Assembly (NCBI GenBank): GCA_039811685.1
Contig: JBDHZC010000002.1
Location: 320,001 to 384,000, forward strand
Source of the DNA: Armatimonadota bacterium
GTDB taxonomy: Bacteria > Armatimonadota > UBA5829 > DSUL01
Direction: 5' to 3'
DNA length: 64,000 bases
Part shown: piece after piece, positions 52,494-62,220 of the stretch
Numbering within the stretch: the stretch's first letter is position 1
Layout: each line of letters opens with the position of its first letter
Made by a program: the position numbers and the translations under genes
The notes under the pieces: model-generated
The model's input: the letters and a program-made list of their open reading frames with translations, nothing else
Databases searched by the model: none
What the model was told of the DNA's origin: nothing

Positions 52494-53402
52494 TCAGCGG
52501 AAATGACGGGCGATTTCGTTGTGGTAGCGTGCGCCAACCACACCGGCGTTTGCCGCCAGCCAGTCACTCAGCAGCGTGCGTCCGAGACTCGGCTGGCCGG
52601 AAATAAGGAGATTGTCCATCAGCCCGAGCACTTCTTCGCGCGTCAGAACGACGTCCCGTACCAGCAACCCGATAATGCGGGAGAGGCCGAGCGCGAGATC
52701 CGCAGAGAGGTGGAGCAGGACCGTCTTTCTGCCCGTGACTCTGGCAATAGTCCGAATGAGATCATCAAACGTGAAGACTTCCGGACCCGCCGCGTCCTGA
52801 ACAAAGCTGTCTTCGCGTTGACCTGCTTCCAGCATGAGCTGGGCCATATCCTCTACGAAGATGGGCTGGAGGGCGTAGTGGCCGTCTCCGGGAACCGCAA
52901 ACACCGGAAAGCGCCTCACAATCCAGGCGATGTTGTTGATAAGCACGTCTTCGGCGCCGAAAATCACTGTGGGGCGCAGGATGGCACAGGAAACTCCAGA
53001 TGACATCAACGCCTCTTCCAACTGCGCCTTACCGCGGTAATAGGGCAGCGGCGAGTCCAGGGAGGGATTGGCGATGCTCACATAGACCACCCGGCGAACT
53101 CCCGCATCCTTCGCAGCCCGAAAGAGCATTTTCGTGTTCTCTACGGCCTTCTCGTAGGTGGTTTCGCCGTGGGGATAGCGCACCCAGTAGGTGATGTAAA
53201 ATGTCGAAGCGCCTCGCAGAGACTCCAGCAAGGCCTCGTAATCGTCAAAGTTGTAAGGATAGATTTCAACCGGCACATCGAGCTCTCGGTGCTCGACTCT
53301 TCTGCCCGTGAGCGTACGCACGCAATGCCCCGCCGTGAGCAGCCGCTTTGTCAGGTAACGCCCTGTGTAGCTGAAAGCGCCGGTGACCACGTCAAGAGGC
53401 AT
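52494..53402 (-). CDS. NAD(P)-dependent epimerase/dehydratase (atypical SDR)
   Basis: VVTGAFSYTG, YYRGK, ILRPTVIFG, QPIFVED. Confidence 0.85.
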   Translation of the reverse strand: MPLDVVTGAFSYTGRYLTKRLLTAGHCVRTLTGRRVEHRELDVPVEIYPYNFDDYEALLESLRGASTFYITYWVRYPHGETTYEKAVENTKMLFRAAKDAGVRRVVYVSIANPSLDSPLPYYRGKAQLEEALMSSGVSCAILRPTVIFGAEDVLINNIAWIVRRFPVFAVPGDGHYALQPIFVEDMAQLMLEAGQREDSFVQDAAGPEVFTFDDLIRTIARVTGRKTVLLHLSADLALGLSRIIGLLVRDVVLTREEVLGLMDNLLISGQPSLGRTLLSDWLAANAGVVGARYHNEIARHFR

Positions 53403-53503
53403 AGCGCAGACTCACTAAGCGGGCCGATGAGGGTGAGCGAGCTGAGCGCATCAAACTGGACCGCCGGACAAAAGACGCCAGAATCGCCCGCCGCGTCCTT
53501 CGA

Positions 53504-53980
53504 TCAGAGCTGTGCGCTTTCGACCTTGCGAATCTCCATCTCCTGAGGACCGGCGGGCGCTTGAAAGGTGACTGTATCGCCCACTTTCCCGCCCATCAGC
53601 GCTTCGCCAATAGGCGATTGATCACTGATCTTGTCCTGCGTGGGATCGGCGTCCACCATAGTCACGATGTTGTAGACAATCTCCTCGTCCCACGTCTTGT
53701 TATAAACAGTCACCCTGCTGCCAAGCTGGACCTGCCCGGAGTTGTTGCTGTCGTGCTCCACAACTATCGCCCGGCTCAGCACCGCTCGCAATTCGCGAAT
53801 GCGTGCCTCAAGCAAACCTTGCTCCTCTTTGGCAGAATGGTATTCGTAGTTCTCGCTCAGATCGCCGTATCCGCGCGCGTGCTTAATGCGCTCGGCGATC
53901 CGGGGGCGCTCCGTTTTCTCAAGCGTTTCCAGTTCATCTTTGAGCTTCTCGATAGCGGCCCGGGTCAGGTTAATCTGCAT
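53504..53980 (-). CDS. greA: Transcription elongation factor GreA
   Basis: GDLSENYEY, IS..SPIG.AL.G, AP.G. Confidence 0.95.
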   Translation of the reverse strand: MQINLTRAAIEKLKDELETLEKTERPRIAERIKHARGYGDLSENYEYHSAKEEQGLLEARIRELRAVLSRAIVVEHDSNNSGQVQLGSRVTVYNKTWDEEIVYNIVTMVDADPTQDKISDQSPIGEALMGGKVGDTVTFQAPAGPQEMEIRKVESAQL

Positions 53981-54209
53981 AGAATGTGCCTCGAATGCGA
54001 AACGGCGTCAAAAAGCGGGAGATTTCCGCGCGCCGCGCGGCGTACTAGACGCATAGCCTCTGATTCTAATCGAACTCCCATTGCATCGTCAACTGCAACC
54101 TGCCGGCTTCGACCTGCGCTGGAGCCTTGACGGACGGCGGCGGTCGGGGTAGCATCCAACGGACTCGCGCTCGCCACAGGGCGCTGCGACGTAGAAAGGT
54201 ATTATTCAG

Positions 54210-55058
54210 ATGTTCCGCAACCTCAGCCCCGGCGCCATTGGTGTCAACCCGGCAGATATAGACGTGTTTCAGGCAGCCAGTTCTGCCGGATTTGAAGGGC
54301 TGGACCCGGACTTCGCTCCCCTTCTGGCTGGAGGTAGCGCTGCGGAGTTCAAAGCGCGCTTTGAGGAGCACGGGCTGAAAATCGGCGGTTGGGGACTACC
54401 GGTTGCGGTGTACGGCTCTGACGAGGAGTATGATGCGGCTCTCTCGCGGCTGAGCGCCGTAGCCGAAGCGGCCGCATCTGTGGGCGCCGTGCGCTCGGCA
54501 ACGTGGATATTGCCATGCTCGGACACTCTGCCCTACGAAGAGAATTTCGATTTTCATGTCAGGCGCCTGAAGCCCTGCGCCGATGTGCTGGATCGGTTCG
54601 GGTGCCGCCTGGGTCTGGAGTTCATCGGGCCCAGGACGTTTCGCGAGACCAAACCGCACGCCTTCATTCACACGCAGGATGAGATGCTTGCGCTCGCGCG
54701 CGCGGTCGGGCCGAATGTGGGCCTGCTGTTTGACTCATGGCACTGGTACACATCGCACGGAACACTGGAAGATATCGAAGGCCTGACAGATGATGACATT
54801 GTTCAGGTGCATATTAACGACGCCCCCGCAGGAGTGGACGTGGACGAGCAGATTGACAACGTGCGGGCGCTTCCAGGTGAGACCGGCGTCATTGACCTCA
54901 CAGGTTTTCTGCGCACGCTGAACAAGATCGGCTATAGCGGCCCGGTAACGCCGGAGCCTTTCAGCGCCAGGCTCAAAGAGATGTCCGCGGAGCGCGCCCT
55001 CAAGGCTGCGGGTGAGGCGCTGGAGTTGACCTGGGTGAAGGCGCTGGGCGTGCGCTGA
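54210..55058 (+). CDS. Sugar phosphate isomerase/epimerase (xylose isomerase-like TIM barrel)
   Basis: LGLEF, D.WH, VHIND, R.LPGE.G.ID, GYSGPVTPE. Confidence 0.85.
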   Translation: MFRNLSPGAIGVNPADIDVFQAASSAGFEGLDPDFAPLLAGGSAAEFKARFEEHGLKIGGWGLPVAVYGSDEEYDAALSRLSAVAEAAASVGAVRSATWILPCSDTLPYEENFDFHVRRLKPCADVLDRFGCRLGLEFIGPRTFRETKPHAFIHTQDEMLALARAVGPNVGLLFDSWHWYTSHGTLEDIEGLTDDDIVQVHINDAPAGVDVDEQIDNVRALPGETGVIDLTGFLRTLNKIGYSGPVTPEPFSARLKEMSAERALKAAGEALELTWVKALGVR

Positions 55059-55184
55059 CGCGTGTAACCTCCGGTAACTTCTCCTGACGCCGCAGGCCGT
55101 CTCACGTCGAAATGTCTACTTGCGCAAAACCAGATGCAGAAAGGGGATACCCTCGAGTGTAACGGCATCGCGCTGTGCGCCAGC

Positions 55185-56231
55185 TCAGCCGGCCTCCCAC
55201 AGCTTCCTGGCCTGCGCAAGCTGTGAGATAGCCCGAAGGTGATCCTGGCGCACTTCTTCCAGCGTCGGCCGCCACGGAGCCGTCATAAATCCGGATATCC
55301 GGTTCACGTCCAGGTTCTCACGGCAGAAGCGTACGGTCCCTTCAGAGTTGGTGTCGTCTGAGTAGTTGCTGAAGGTCGGAACCTGCTCATAGCCGCGCGA
55401 ATCCAGCTCCAGATACGCGCCCACTTCTTTGATGTCGCTGCGGAACTCCGGGTTGTAGTACCAGTTGCTCTGCAGGACGGAGCGCGGCATCCTCTCCCAG
55501 AACATTTCGGGATATTCCCAAACGTAGTCCGACCAGATCCAGCCACGCACGCCCTTCTTCTCCACCTCGTTCAGTAGAAAGAAAAAGTCGTTCCACCACA
55601 GATCAAACTGGCGGATTACAACGTACCCCTGATGCGCCTGATGCTTGTAGCTCTCCTCATCCATCCCCAGATGGAACAGCCTTGGCGTGTCAAAAATCTC
55701 AATCACTTCGCGGATCAGATCACGGCAGACGTCATAGTAGGCAGGGGTCGAGATCATCCGGGCGTAAGGCCCAAGCCAGATATCGTGAGTTGCGGAGAAA
55801 TTCAGCTTTGGAATCGGCTCCAGGCCCATCTCCCGCATCTTCTGGAGCTCCGAGCGAAGCTCTTCAACACTCCACGCGTTTTCCACCGCGATTTCAGGAT
55901 GGCTGTCGTATCTGACGCCGTCTCCCAGATCTATAATGATCATGTTGATTCCGGCATCACGGCTCGCCGTGAGCAAATCATCCCACAGGGAACGATCGAA
56001 ACGCAGATATGGCTTATACGAGACATACCGGCTCTTCGGAAGCTCCGGCGCTTCGCGATCGAGCCACATGTTGTAGCTGAGGTGCAAGAGATTTGCCCAG
56101 ATCAATGGTGCCTCCAGACGCCGCGTTGTGTCTTCCGGCGACAGTATGGATTTCTGCTTATGAGTCACTCTTCCTGCCAGATGAGCGGCTCTGTCGCGAA
56201 AAGTAGCGATAGAAGTTGAATCTTTTGCCAA
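55185..56231 (-). CDS. GH20-like TIM-barrel protein
   Basis: G..Y.SHPE, IPKLNFS..H, FHLGMDEE (H-x-G-x-D-E), IWSD, W.Y. Confidence 0.65.
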   Translation of the reverse strand: MAKDSTSIATFRDRAAHLAGRVTHKQKSILSPEDTTRRLEAPLIWANLLHLSYNMWLDREAPELPKSRYVSYKPYLRFDRSLWDDLLTASRDAGINMIIIDLGDGVRYDSHPEIAVENAWSVEELRSELQKMREMGLEPIPKLNFSATHDIWLGPYARMISTPAYYDVCRDLIREVIEIFDTPRLFHLGMDEESYKHQAHQGYVVIRQFDLWWNDFFFLLNEVEKKGVRGWIWSDYVWEYPEMFWERMPRSVLQSNWYYNPEFRSDIKEVGAYLELDSRGYEQVPTFSNYSDDTNSEGTVRFCRENLDVNRISGFMTAPWRPTLEEVRQDHLRAISQLAQARKLWEAG

Positions 56232-56346
56232 TCATTGTAACAACGCTCCCAGCGCGGCTCGGCGGGGTGTACAATGTAAACGGTAACTTAAAGGAGAAGG
56301 GCCACGGGCACATTCCTTTCGAATGTGACAGCCTCGACGATTAGAA

Positions 56347-57324
56347 GTGAGTTCGCCTGGCAAAGAAAAACAACAGCCTCTGCGAAAAGCAGCCCGAAAA
56401 ACAATTGTCCGGCATGCTCGCTCTCTGCTGCGGCAGTCCGCCTGCTACAAAGCAAAGAGCGACGACACGGAGCCAGTGCACCAGATGCGCGTAGCTTCCA
56501 GACGGCTGCGGGCTGCGCTGGAGATTTTCGGGTTTTGCTATGCGCGCAGTGAAACTAAGGCTCTGCGGCGTGAAGTCAAGCAGGTGACGGCGGCTCTGGG
56601 TCCAGCCCGCGATCTGGATGTGTTGATCGGGTTTCTGACGGAGTACACACGTCAGAGCCGCGCCGAAGATTTGGACGCGCTCGAGTTGTTGACCCACCAC
56701 AAGATAGACGAGCGACGCAGACTGGACTGCCGTGTGCGGAGGACTGTCAAGGATTTGAAGAAGCGCAAGCTCCTGCGTCGCGTGAAAGAGTTTACCGTGT
56801 TTGCCAGCAACGGGCACGCCTTCAAAGCCCGCAAGCCCGAAGAGATCGATCTGCCTCCTCTGGACTCTCCTTTGCGGGACTTCGCCCGTCCACTTCTGTA
56901 TCCACGTCTTGAGACGCTGCTCTCCTGGCTTCCACAGGTCAGAGCATCGGGTGAATCGGAAGCGTTGCACAGCATGCGCATTGACGCCAAGCGCCTTCGC
57001 TACGCGATGGAGCCCTTTGAAGGATGTCTGGAGCGCAACTTCGGAGCAGTCCTGCGAGATGTGCAGAAGGTGCAGGAAGTGCTGGGGGAAGTTCACGACT
57101 GCGATGTGTGGTCTGAGATGGCGACGGAGTTTCGCGAGCGCTACCGCACGGGGCATGACGCCTACCAAAGGCTCATAGACCATCTGCATACGCGCCGGAG
57201 TGAGCTGTATCAGAGCTTCATCGAGTGGTGGTCTCCGGGCGCTGAGCTGGAGTTTCGCCGGCGATTTCTCGACGCCATGCCTCTGAAAACAGGCTTTCCG
57301 GAACGGAGAGAGACCGGCAGTTGA
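56347..57324 (+). CDS. CHAD domain protein (polyphosphate-binding)
   Basis: VHQMRVASRRLR, LG.ARDLDV, LHSMRIDAKRLRYAME, Q..LG..HD..V. Confidence 0.9.
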   Translation: MSSPGKEKQQPLRKAARKTIVRHARSLLRQSACYKAKSDDTEPVHQMRVASRRLRAALEIFGFCYARSETKALRREVKQVTAALGPARDLDVLIGFLTEYTRQSRAEDLDALELLTHHKIDERRRLDCRVRRTVKDLKKRKLLRRVKEFTVFASNGHAFKARKPEEIDLPPLDSPLRDFARPLLYPRLETLLSWLPQVRASGESEALHSMRIDAKRLRYAMEPFEGCLERNFGAVLRDVQKVQEVLGEVHDCDVWSEMATEFRERYRTGHDAYQRLIDHLHTRRSELYQSFIEWWSPGAELEFRRRFLDAMPLKTGFPERRETGS

Positions 57325-58256
57325 CGATGGCACTGCGCCGGGTTGCGGCTATTGACGCCGGTACAAACTCGGTTCTGTTGCTGGTAGCGGATGTAGATGT
57401 GGCGACCGGGAAGATTGAGCCGGTTGCCGATGAGTCTGTCATTGCGCGCCTCGGAAAAGGTGTGGACGCATCAGGACAGCTCGACGCCAGCGCGATTCAG
57501 CGCTCACTGGAGGCGGTGGAGAGATTTTGTGAGACAGCTCGCAGCCTCGGGGTGCAGCAGATCGCGCTTGTGGGAACCAGCGCTCTGAGGGATGCCAGCA
57601 ACGCCGCAGCTTTTCTGGAACCGGCGCAGGCTTTGTGCCAGACTCGTTGTCACGTGATCTCAGGAGACCTCGAAGCCAGAATGTCCTGGGTCTCTGTAAC
57701 TTCAGACTGCTCACTTGGGGCCCGGTATCCTCTGGCAATCGCAGACGTGGGCGGCGGGAGCACGGAGTTCGCGTCTGGAGTGGGACCATCGCCTGATTAT
57801 ATTCAGAGCGTAGATGTAGGCGCTGTGCGCCTCACAGAGCGCCATCTGCAAGGGGATCCTCCGGAACCCGGCGAGCTGGAGGCGGCACGAACGCACGCCC
57901 GAACCGAGCTGAGCCACGCCCTTTCGAAGCGCAAAGCTGCAACTCTGGTGGGAATCGGCGGCACAGTTGTCAACCTCGGGTGCGTCGCCTTCGGTGCGCT
58001 CAACTACGAACAGGTTCACGGCCACCGGCTGAGCCTTAAGACTATCTCTGAGCTCATTGTTTCCCTCGCCAGCAAGACTCTCCACGAGCGCCGGCTGACG
58101 CCCGGGCTGGAGCCTGAACGAGCAGACGTCATCGTCGGAGGGGCTGTTATTTTCGAGGCGCTTCTGACGGGGATGAAGCTCAGCGAAGTTACAATCAGTG
58201 TCCGTGGAGCCCGCTACGGCATAGCGATGGAGTTGGCTGCAGGGCGATGGAACTGA
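57321..58256 (+). CDS. Short-form Ppx/GppA phosphatase
   Basis: AIDAGTNS, RLG.G, TSALRDA.N, ISG..EA, DVGGGSTE, G.GGT, RADVI. Confidence 0.9.
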   Translation: MTMALRRVAAIDAGTNSVLLLVADVDVATGKIEPVADESVIARLGKGVDASGQLDASAIQRSLEAVERFCETARSLGVQQIALVGTSALRDASNAAAFLEPAQALCQTRCHVISGDLEARMSWVSVTSDCSLGARYPLAIADVGGGSTEFASGVGPSPDYIQSVDVGAVRLTERHLQGDPPEPGELEAARTHARTELSHALSKRKAATLVGIGGTVVNLGCVAFGALNYEQVHGHRLSLKTISELIVSLASKTLHERRLTPGLEPERADVIVGGAVIFEALLTGMKLSEVTISVRGARYGIAMELAAGRWN

Positions 58257-58855
58257 GCAAGCTCCACGTTGAGGCGCCGCCTGAGCTACTGCGGCTTGCG
58301 GAGCGCTGCCGCTATGAAGAAGGCCACACCTTGCAGGTCCTGCGCCTTGCCCTGGCCTTGTTTGATGAGCTGCAGAAACTGCACAGGATGCCACCGGAAG
58401 CAAGACGTATTCTGATGGAAGGCGCACTGCTGCACGACATAGGCTGGTGTAAAGGGCGCAAAGGGCACCACAAGAGCTCCTACAGCATCGCCGTGAGCGC
58501 TGAGTTGGAAAGCGTTCCATCGCATGAACTGGACATGGCCGCTCAGGTCGGGCGCTACCATAGAAAATCTGCCCCATCGCTGGAGCATGCGCCTTTTGCG
58601 CGTCTCGGCCCACAGGACAGAGATACGGTCACGCGACTCAGCGCCATCCTGCGTGTGGCAGACGGGCTGGATCGGGGACATCAAAACATCGTCACAGCGT
58701 TACGGTGCGAGGTGACTGACAGGGAAGTGACAGTGCATCTGGAATGCGCAGGGAACGCAGAGCTTGAGATCTGGGGCGCGCAGCGCAAGGCGGGACTCTT
58801 TGAGAGGGTCTTTCAGCGCAGACTTGTCTTTGTGGCAGTTCGACGGCTAGAGTAG
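58247..58855 (+). CDS. Stand-alone HD-domain protein (Ppx C-terminal-like)
   Basis: H...V..LAL.LFD, ALLHDIG, HHKSS, RYHRK, LRVADGLDR.H. Confidence 0.88.
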   Translation: MELSKLHVEAPPELLRLAERCRYEEGHTLQVLRLALALFDELQKLHRMPPEARRILMEGALLHDIGWCKGRKGHHKSSYSIAVSAELESVPSHELDMAAQVGRYHRKSAPSLEHAPFARLGPQDRDTVTRLSAILRVADGLDRGHQNIVTALRCEVTDREVTVHLECAGNAELEIWGAQRKAGLFERVFQRRLVFVAVRRLE

Positions 58856-58859
58856 ATAT

Positions 58860-60509
58860 GTGACAGTGACAAAATTCGGCGCAATTGACGTCGGCACCAA
58901 CTCCATCCGGCTCCTGGTTGTCGCGATTGACGCACGCGATCACTCCTTCACCGTTATCCACGACATCAAAGAGACTGCGCGTCTGGGCGAAGGGGAGTTT
59001 CTACACAATAGAATCACACCCGAAGCTATGGATCGCGCCGTCACCGTGATCAGCCACTTTGTCGAAGTCGCCAGAGGCTATGAGGTGGGGGAAATCCGCG
59101 TCGTAGCCACATCCGCCGTGCGCGAAGCAGACAACCAGCAGGAGTTCCTGGACTGCGTCCGTGAATCCTGCGGCCTCGAGGTCGAGGTCATCTCGGGCAA
59201 AGAGGAGGCGCGTCTGATCTACCTGGGAGTTCTGGCCGGAGCGACGCTGCAGGGCAAGCAGGCGCTCTTCATTGACGTGGGAGGTGGCTCTACAGAGCTG
59301 GTCATCGGAGACCGGCAGCAGTACTATCTGCTCGAAAGTCTCAAACTGGGGACAATCCGCCTTACGAATCGCTTTCTGGGCGACGGGCGTGCGGCGGTCT
59401 CCAGGAAAAAATACGCACAACTGCAGGAATACATCCGCGGGGTAGCCGTGCACGCAGCGCGCAAGATCCACAATCTGGGCTTTGAGCTGGTTCTGTGCAG
59501 CTCGGGCACGGCGATAAATCTGGGAGAGATGGTCGCGGCCATGCTCGGTGAAAAACCCACCTCCATCCGCCAGTATCCAGTCCGCCTGGACGATATTACC
59601 AGAGTGCGTGAAATGCTGTGCAAAGCGCCCTATGACGAGCGGCGAAAGCTGCCGGGAATCAAGCCTGAGCGCGCAGATATAATGGTGGCCGGCGTTGCGG
59701 TCATCGAGACAATTCTGGAGCAGGTTGGAGCGCAGCAGATGCATGTGGCTGACTATGCTTTGCGGGAAGGTCTGGTCGTTGACCACATTATCCGCGATGA
59801 ACAGGCGAGAGAACACTTCACGGCTGTATCGCCGCGGAAGCGCAGCGTGCTGCAGCTTGCGCGAAGCTGTGGGTACGAGGCCGAACACGCAGAGCAAATC
59901 CGCCATCTCTGCCTGTCTCTGTTCGATCAGCTCTGGGAGCTGGGGCTGCACCGGATGAACCGTCACGACCGGGAACTGCTGGAGTACGGCGCTTATCTCC
60001 ACGACGTGGGTTTTTTTATCTCCCATACCAACCACCACCAGCACGCCTACTACCTGATTCGCCACAGCGAGCTGCTGGGGTTCAACGACCGTGAACAGGC
60101 GATTCTGGCCAATCTTGCGCTGTACCACCGCAAGTCCACTCCAAAGAAGAAGCACGCCGGTTTTATGGCTCTGGACAGCCAGGCTCGATCTCTTGTCGAA
60201 AAGCTCTCCTGCCTGCTGCGCATTGCCGAAGGGCTGGACAGAAGCCACCTGTCACTGGTCAGAAATATAACGCTGGAGCGGGATGACAATGGCGTGAAGA
60301 TGACGATAGACAGCGCGTCGGACTGTCAGCTTGAATTGTGGGGAGTGGAAAGCCAGCTTGGGGTATTCCGGTCCGTTTTCGGAGCGGCGATGTCGGTTTC
60401 GGTCCATCACGAAGCGGACTCGGGCGCGTCGGATAGCCGCACAGAGGATGTAACGGGCCGGGAGGCAGACAAGGTTAGCCTGACACTGCCAGAGCGATCC
60501 AGTGAGTGA
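58860..60509 (+). CDS. ppx: Full-length Ppx/GppA exopolyphosphatase with HD domain
   Basis: AIDVGTNS, ATSAVREA, ISGKEEARL, DVGGGSTE, LREG; HD part LHDVG...YHRK...LRIAEGLDR. Confidence 0.9.
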   Translation: MTVTKFGAIDVGTNSIRLLVVAIDARDHSFTVIHDIKETARLGEGEFLHNRITPEAMDRAVTVISHFVEVARGYEVGEIRVVATSAVREADNQQEFLDCVRESCGLEVEVISGKEEARLIYLGVLAGATLQGKQALFIDVGGGSTELVIGDRQQYYLLESLKLGTIRLTNRFLGDGRAAVSRKKYAQLQEYIRGVAVHAARKIHNLGFELVLCSSGTAINLGEMVAAMLGEKPTSIRQYPVRLDDITRVREMLCKAPYDERRKLPGIKPERADIMVAGVAVIETILEQVGAQQMHVADYALREGLVVDHIIRDEQAREHFTAVSPRKRSVLQLARSCGYEAEHAEQIRHLCLSLFDQLWELGLHRMNRHDRELLEYGAYLHDVGFFISHTNHHQHAYYLIRHSELLGFNDREQAILANLALYHRKSTPKKKHAGFMALDSQARSLVEKLSCLLRIAEGLDRSHLSLVRNITLERDDNGVKMTIDSASDCQLELWGVESQLGVFRSVFGAAMSVSVHHEADSGASDSRTEDVTGREADKVSLTLPERSSE

Positions 60510-61413
60510 AAGCGCAGCGGCTTACAGAACGGGCATATGGTCGCGCGTTGCGGCCGTGCGCGGCCCTGCAGCTATCATTGTCGGAGCAATCAGCTTCAGC
60601 GTCATGGCTATTGCAGTACGCTTTCTGACGCGCGCCGGTATTCCAGCCGGTGAGCTGGTTATGATCCGCTTCTCGATGGGGCTGGCCATGCTGGAAGCGC
60701 TGAGGATTGCCGGTGTCATCAACATCTCGCACCGGCGGTGGCAGGCTCTCTGGGGACGGGGCATCACCGGCGCGCTAGCAATTCTGTTTTACTTCCTCAG
60801 CATCCAGTACACCACACTCACCAAAGCTACGCTGCTCTCAAATGCCTATCCGGTCTTCGCAGCGCTTATGGCAGTGCTGGCGCTGGAGGAGAAAATTCAG
60901 TGGCCGACAGCCATCTCATTCGCACTGTCAGGGCTGGGAATGTGGATGGTTGCCCGTCCAGGCCCGGGTTGGGCGGTGGGAGACGGCTACGGCATACTGG
61001 GGGCTTTGACGGCGGGTATGGCCATCGTGTTTATCCGCCACCTGCGCAGAACTGAAAACCCGTTCTCCATCTTCTGGTATCTGTGCGCGTTCGGCTCGGC
61101 TCTGGGTGCGCTGACGTGCGCGCGCAACTTCGTTGTACCGTCTGGTGATCTCTTTGTTCTGATACTCGTCATGGGTATCACGAGCACACTGGGACAGCTT
61201 CTGATTACCTATGGCTTCGGCTACATTCGCGCCGGCGAAGGCTCCCTCATCAGTATGTCCACCGTCGCCTACAGCGGCCTGTTTGCGTGGTTTTTTCTGG
61301 GTGAGCGCCTGCCGGTGTCGGGCATGATTGGCGCGGGTCTGATTCTGGCCTGCGCAGCTTATCTGACTCTGCGCCCGCAGTCCGCAGCAGACGATTTCAT
61401 CCCGCGAGGATAG
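60502..61413 (+). CDS. EamA/DMT family transporter
   Basis: About ten hydrophobic segments in two repeats; RF, L.EK, LGE motifs. Confidence 0.88.
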   Translation: MSESAAAYRTGIWSRVAAVRGPAAIIVGAISFSVMAIAVRFLTRAGIPAGELVMIRFSMGLAMLEALRIAGVINISHRRWQALWGRGITGALAILFYFLSIQYTTLTKATLLSNAYPVFAALMAVLALEEKIQWPTAISFALSGLGMWMVARPGPGWAVGDGYGILGALTAGMAIVFIRHLRRTENPFSIFWYLCAFGSALGALTCARNFVVPSGDLFVLILVMGITSTLGQLLITYGFGYIRAGEGSLISMSTVAYSGLFAWFFLGERLPVSGMIGAGLILACAAYLTLRPQSAADDFIPRG

Positions 61414-61554
61414 TAGAGGCCGCGTCGCCCTCGCTCCTCACCACCGATGCTCACCTCACCTGCTCTGACGCTCTCTGCTCTGATATAGGGTCAGGTCGGC
61501 TACCCTGAAGAGTAGTACGCGCTGCTGGTAGTTTCGTGAAAAAGGGTTGACGAT

Positions 61555-61588
61555 GAAAAGGAGCGCAACTGAAGAAATTCAGCCGCGC
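61555..61588 (-). terminator. Probable terminator of the candidate sRNA
   Basis: GCGCGGCTGAA-tttc-TTCAGTTGCGC then TCCTTTTC on the - strand. Confidence 0.6.
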
Positions 61589-61797
61589 CGCTGCGACCAG
61601 CGATTGGAGTCCGCCCGGCTTCGGGCAGTCCAGAGTGAGGATGGCGAGGGCGGCGCCACCCTGACAAAATACGGCGGGCAGGGAAAGGAGAATGGAAAGC
61701 CTGCCCGCGAACCGCACAACCAATTGCAGCGCAATCCTGGGACTTATCGCGTAGCAACCGACCGTTCGGCGCGCCCCTGCGGACGCTTTGCGCGGCT
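61555..61797 (-). ncRNA. Candidate multi-hairpin small RNA (~240 nt) with C/U-rich loops
   Basis: Near-consensus promoter at 61832-61804, at least five consecutive hairpins, terminator at 61588-61555; no SD-supported ORF. Confidence 0.55.
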
Positions 61798-61803
61798 CAC
61801 GTA

Positions 61804-61832
61804 ATTATGCACATACTGCCAACGCGTGTCAA
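61804..61832 (-). promoter_or_regulatory. Sigma70-type promoter TTGACA-17-CATAAT
   Basis: Immediately after the response regulator stop, firing into the intergenic region. Confidence 0.7.
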
Positions 61833-61836
61833 GCCA

Positions 61837-62220
61837 TCAGTGCGACTTTTTTTCACGCTCACGCGTGTTATTGATGATGCGTTTCAATTCCTCTAGTTGG
61901 AACGGTTTGTAGAGGTACGTGTCCACACCCTGGCCTTCCGCAGCGGTCTCTGTCTCTTCCGTTGGATAGGCGGTCATCAGGACCACCGTCGCCTCTGGCG
62001 AGAACAGTTTTGCGGCACGCAGAAACTGAAGGCCGTCCATTCGTGGCATTCTCAAGTCCGCCAGGATCAGATCGAACGGCTGCTGACGGACTATGCCCAT
62101 TGCAGTAAAGGGTGAATCAGCGGCATCTACTCTACACCCTTCGATCTCCAGCAGCGTGAGCAACACCTGCAGCAGACTCCTGTCATCATCAACTACCAGA
62201 ACTTTTAGATCTTCGGGCAA
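61837..62220 (-). CDS. Single-domain response regulator
   Basis: VLVVDDD, DLILADLRMPRMDG, MTA, YLYKPF. Confidence 0.92.
   Translation of the reverse strand: MPEDLKVLVVDDDRSLLQVLLTLLEIEGCRVDAADSPFTAMGIVRQQPFDLILADLRMPRMDGLQFLRAAKLFSPEATVVLMTAYPTEETETAAEGQGVDTYLYKPFQLEELKRIINNTREREKKSH

Noticed and set aside
55054..55069. Fifth match to the operator motif (GGTTACACGCGTCAGC, - strand)
   Set aside because: Overlaps the stop codon of the isomerase in a convergent intergenic region with no promoter to control; probably chance.
58247..58256. Short Ppx plus HD as a frameshifted pseudogene
   Set aside because: The short Ppx ends at the natural family boundary and HD has its own overlapping ATG, consistent with translational coupling.
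61692..61754. 20-aa ORF MESLPANRTTNCSAILGLIA on the + strand after AAGGAG (possible type I toxin/antisense pair)
   Set aside because: SD-to-ATG spacing is only 1 nt, the peptide is weakly hydrophobic and no clear promoter was found; not fully excluded.
61725..61797. Resemblance of the sRNA 5' end (GCAAA-stem...GGATTGC) to a c-di-GMP-I (GEMM) riboswitch
   Set aside because: Loop is GCAG rather than GNRA, the GACGCAAA and CUAA receptor elements are missing, and no downstream gene is present.
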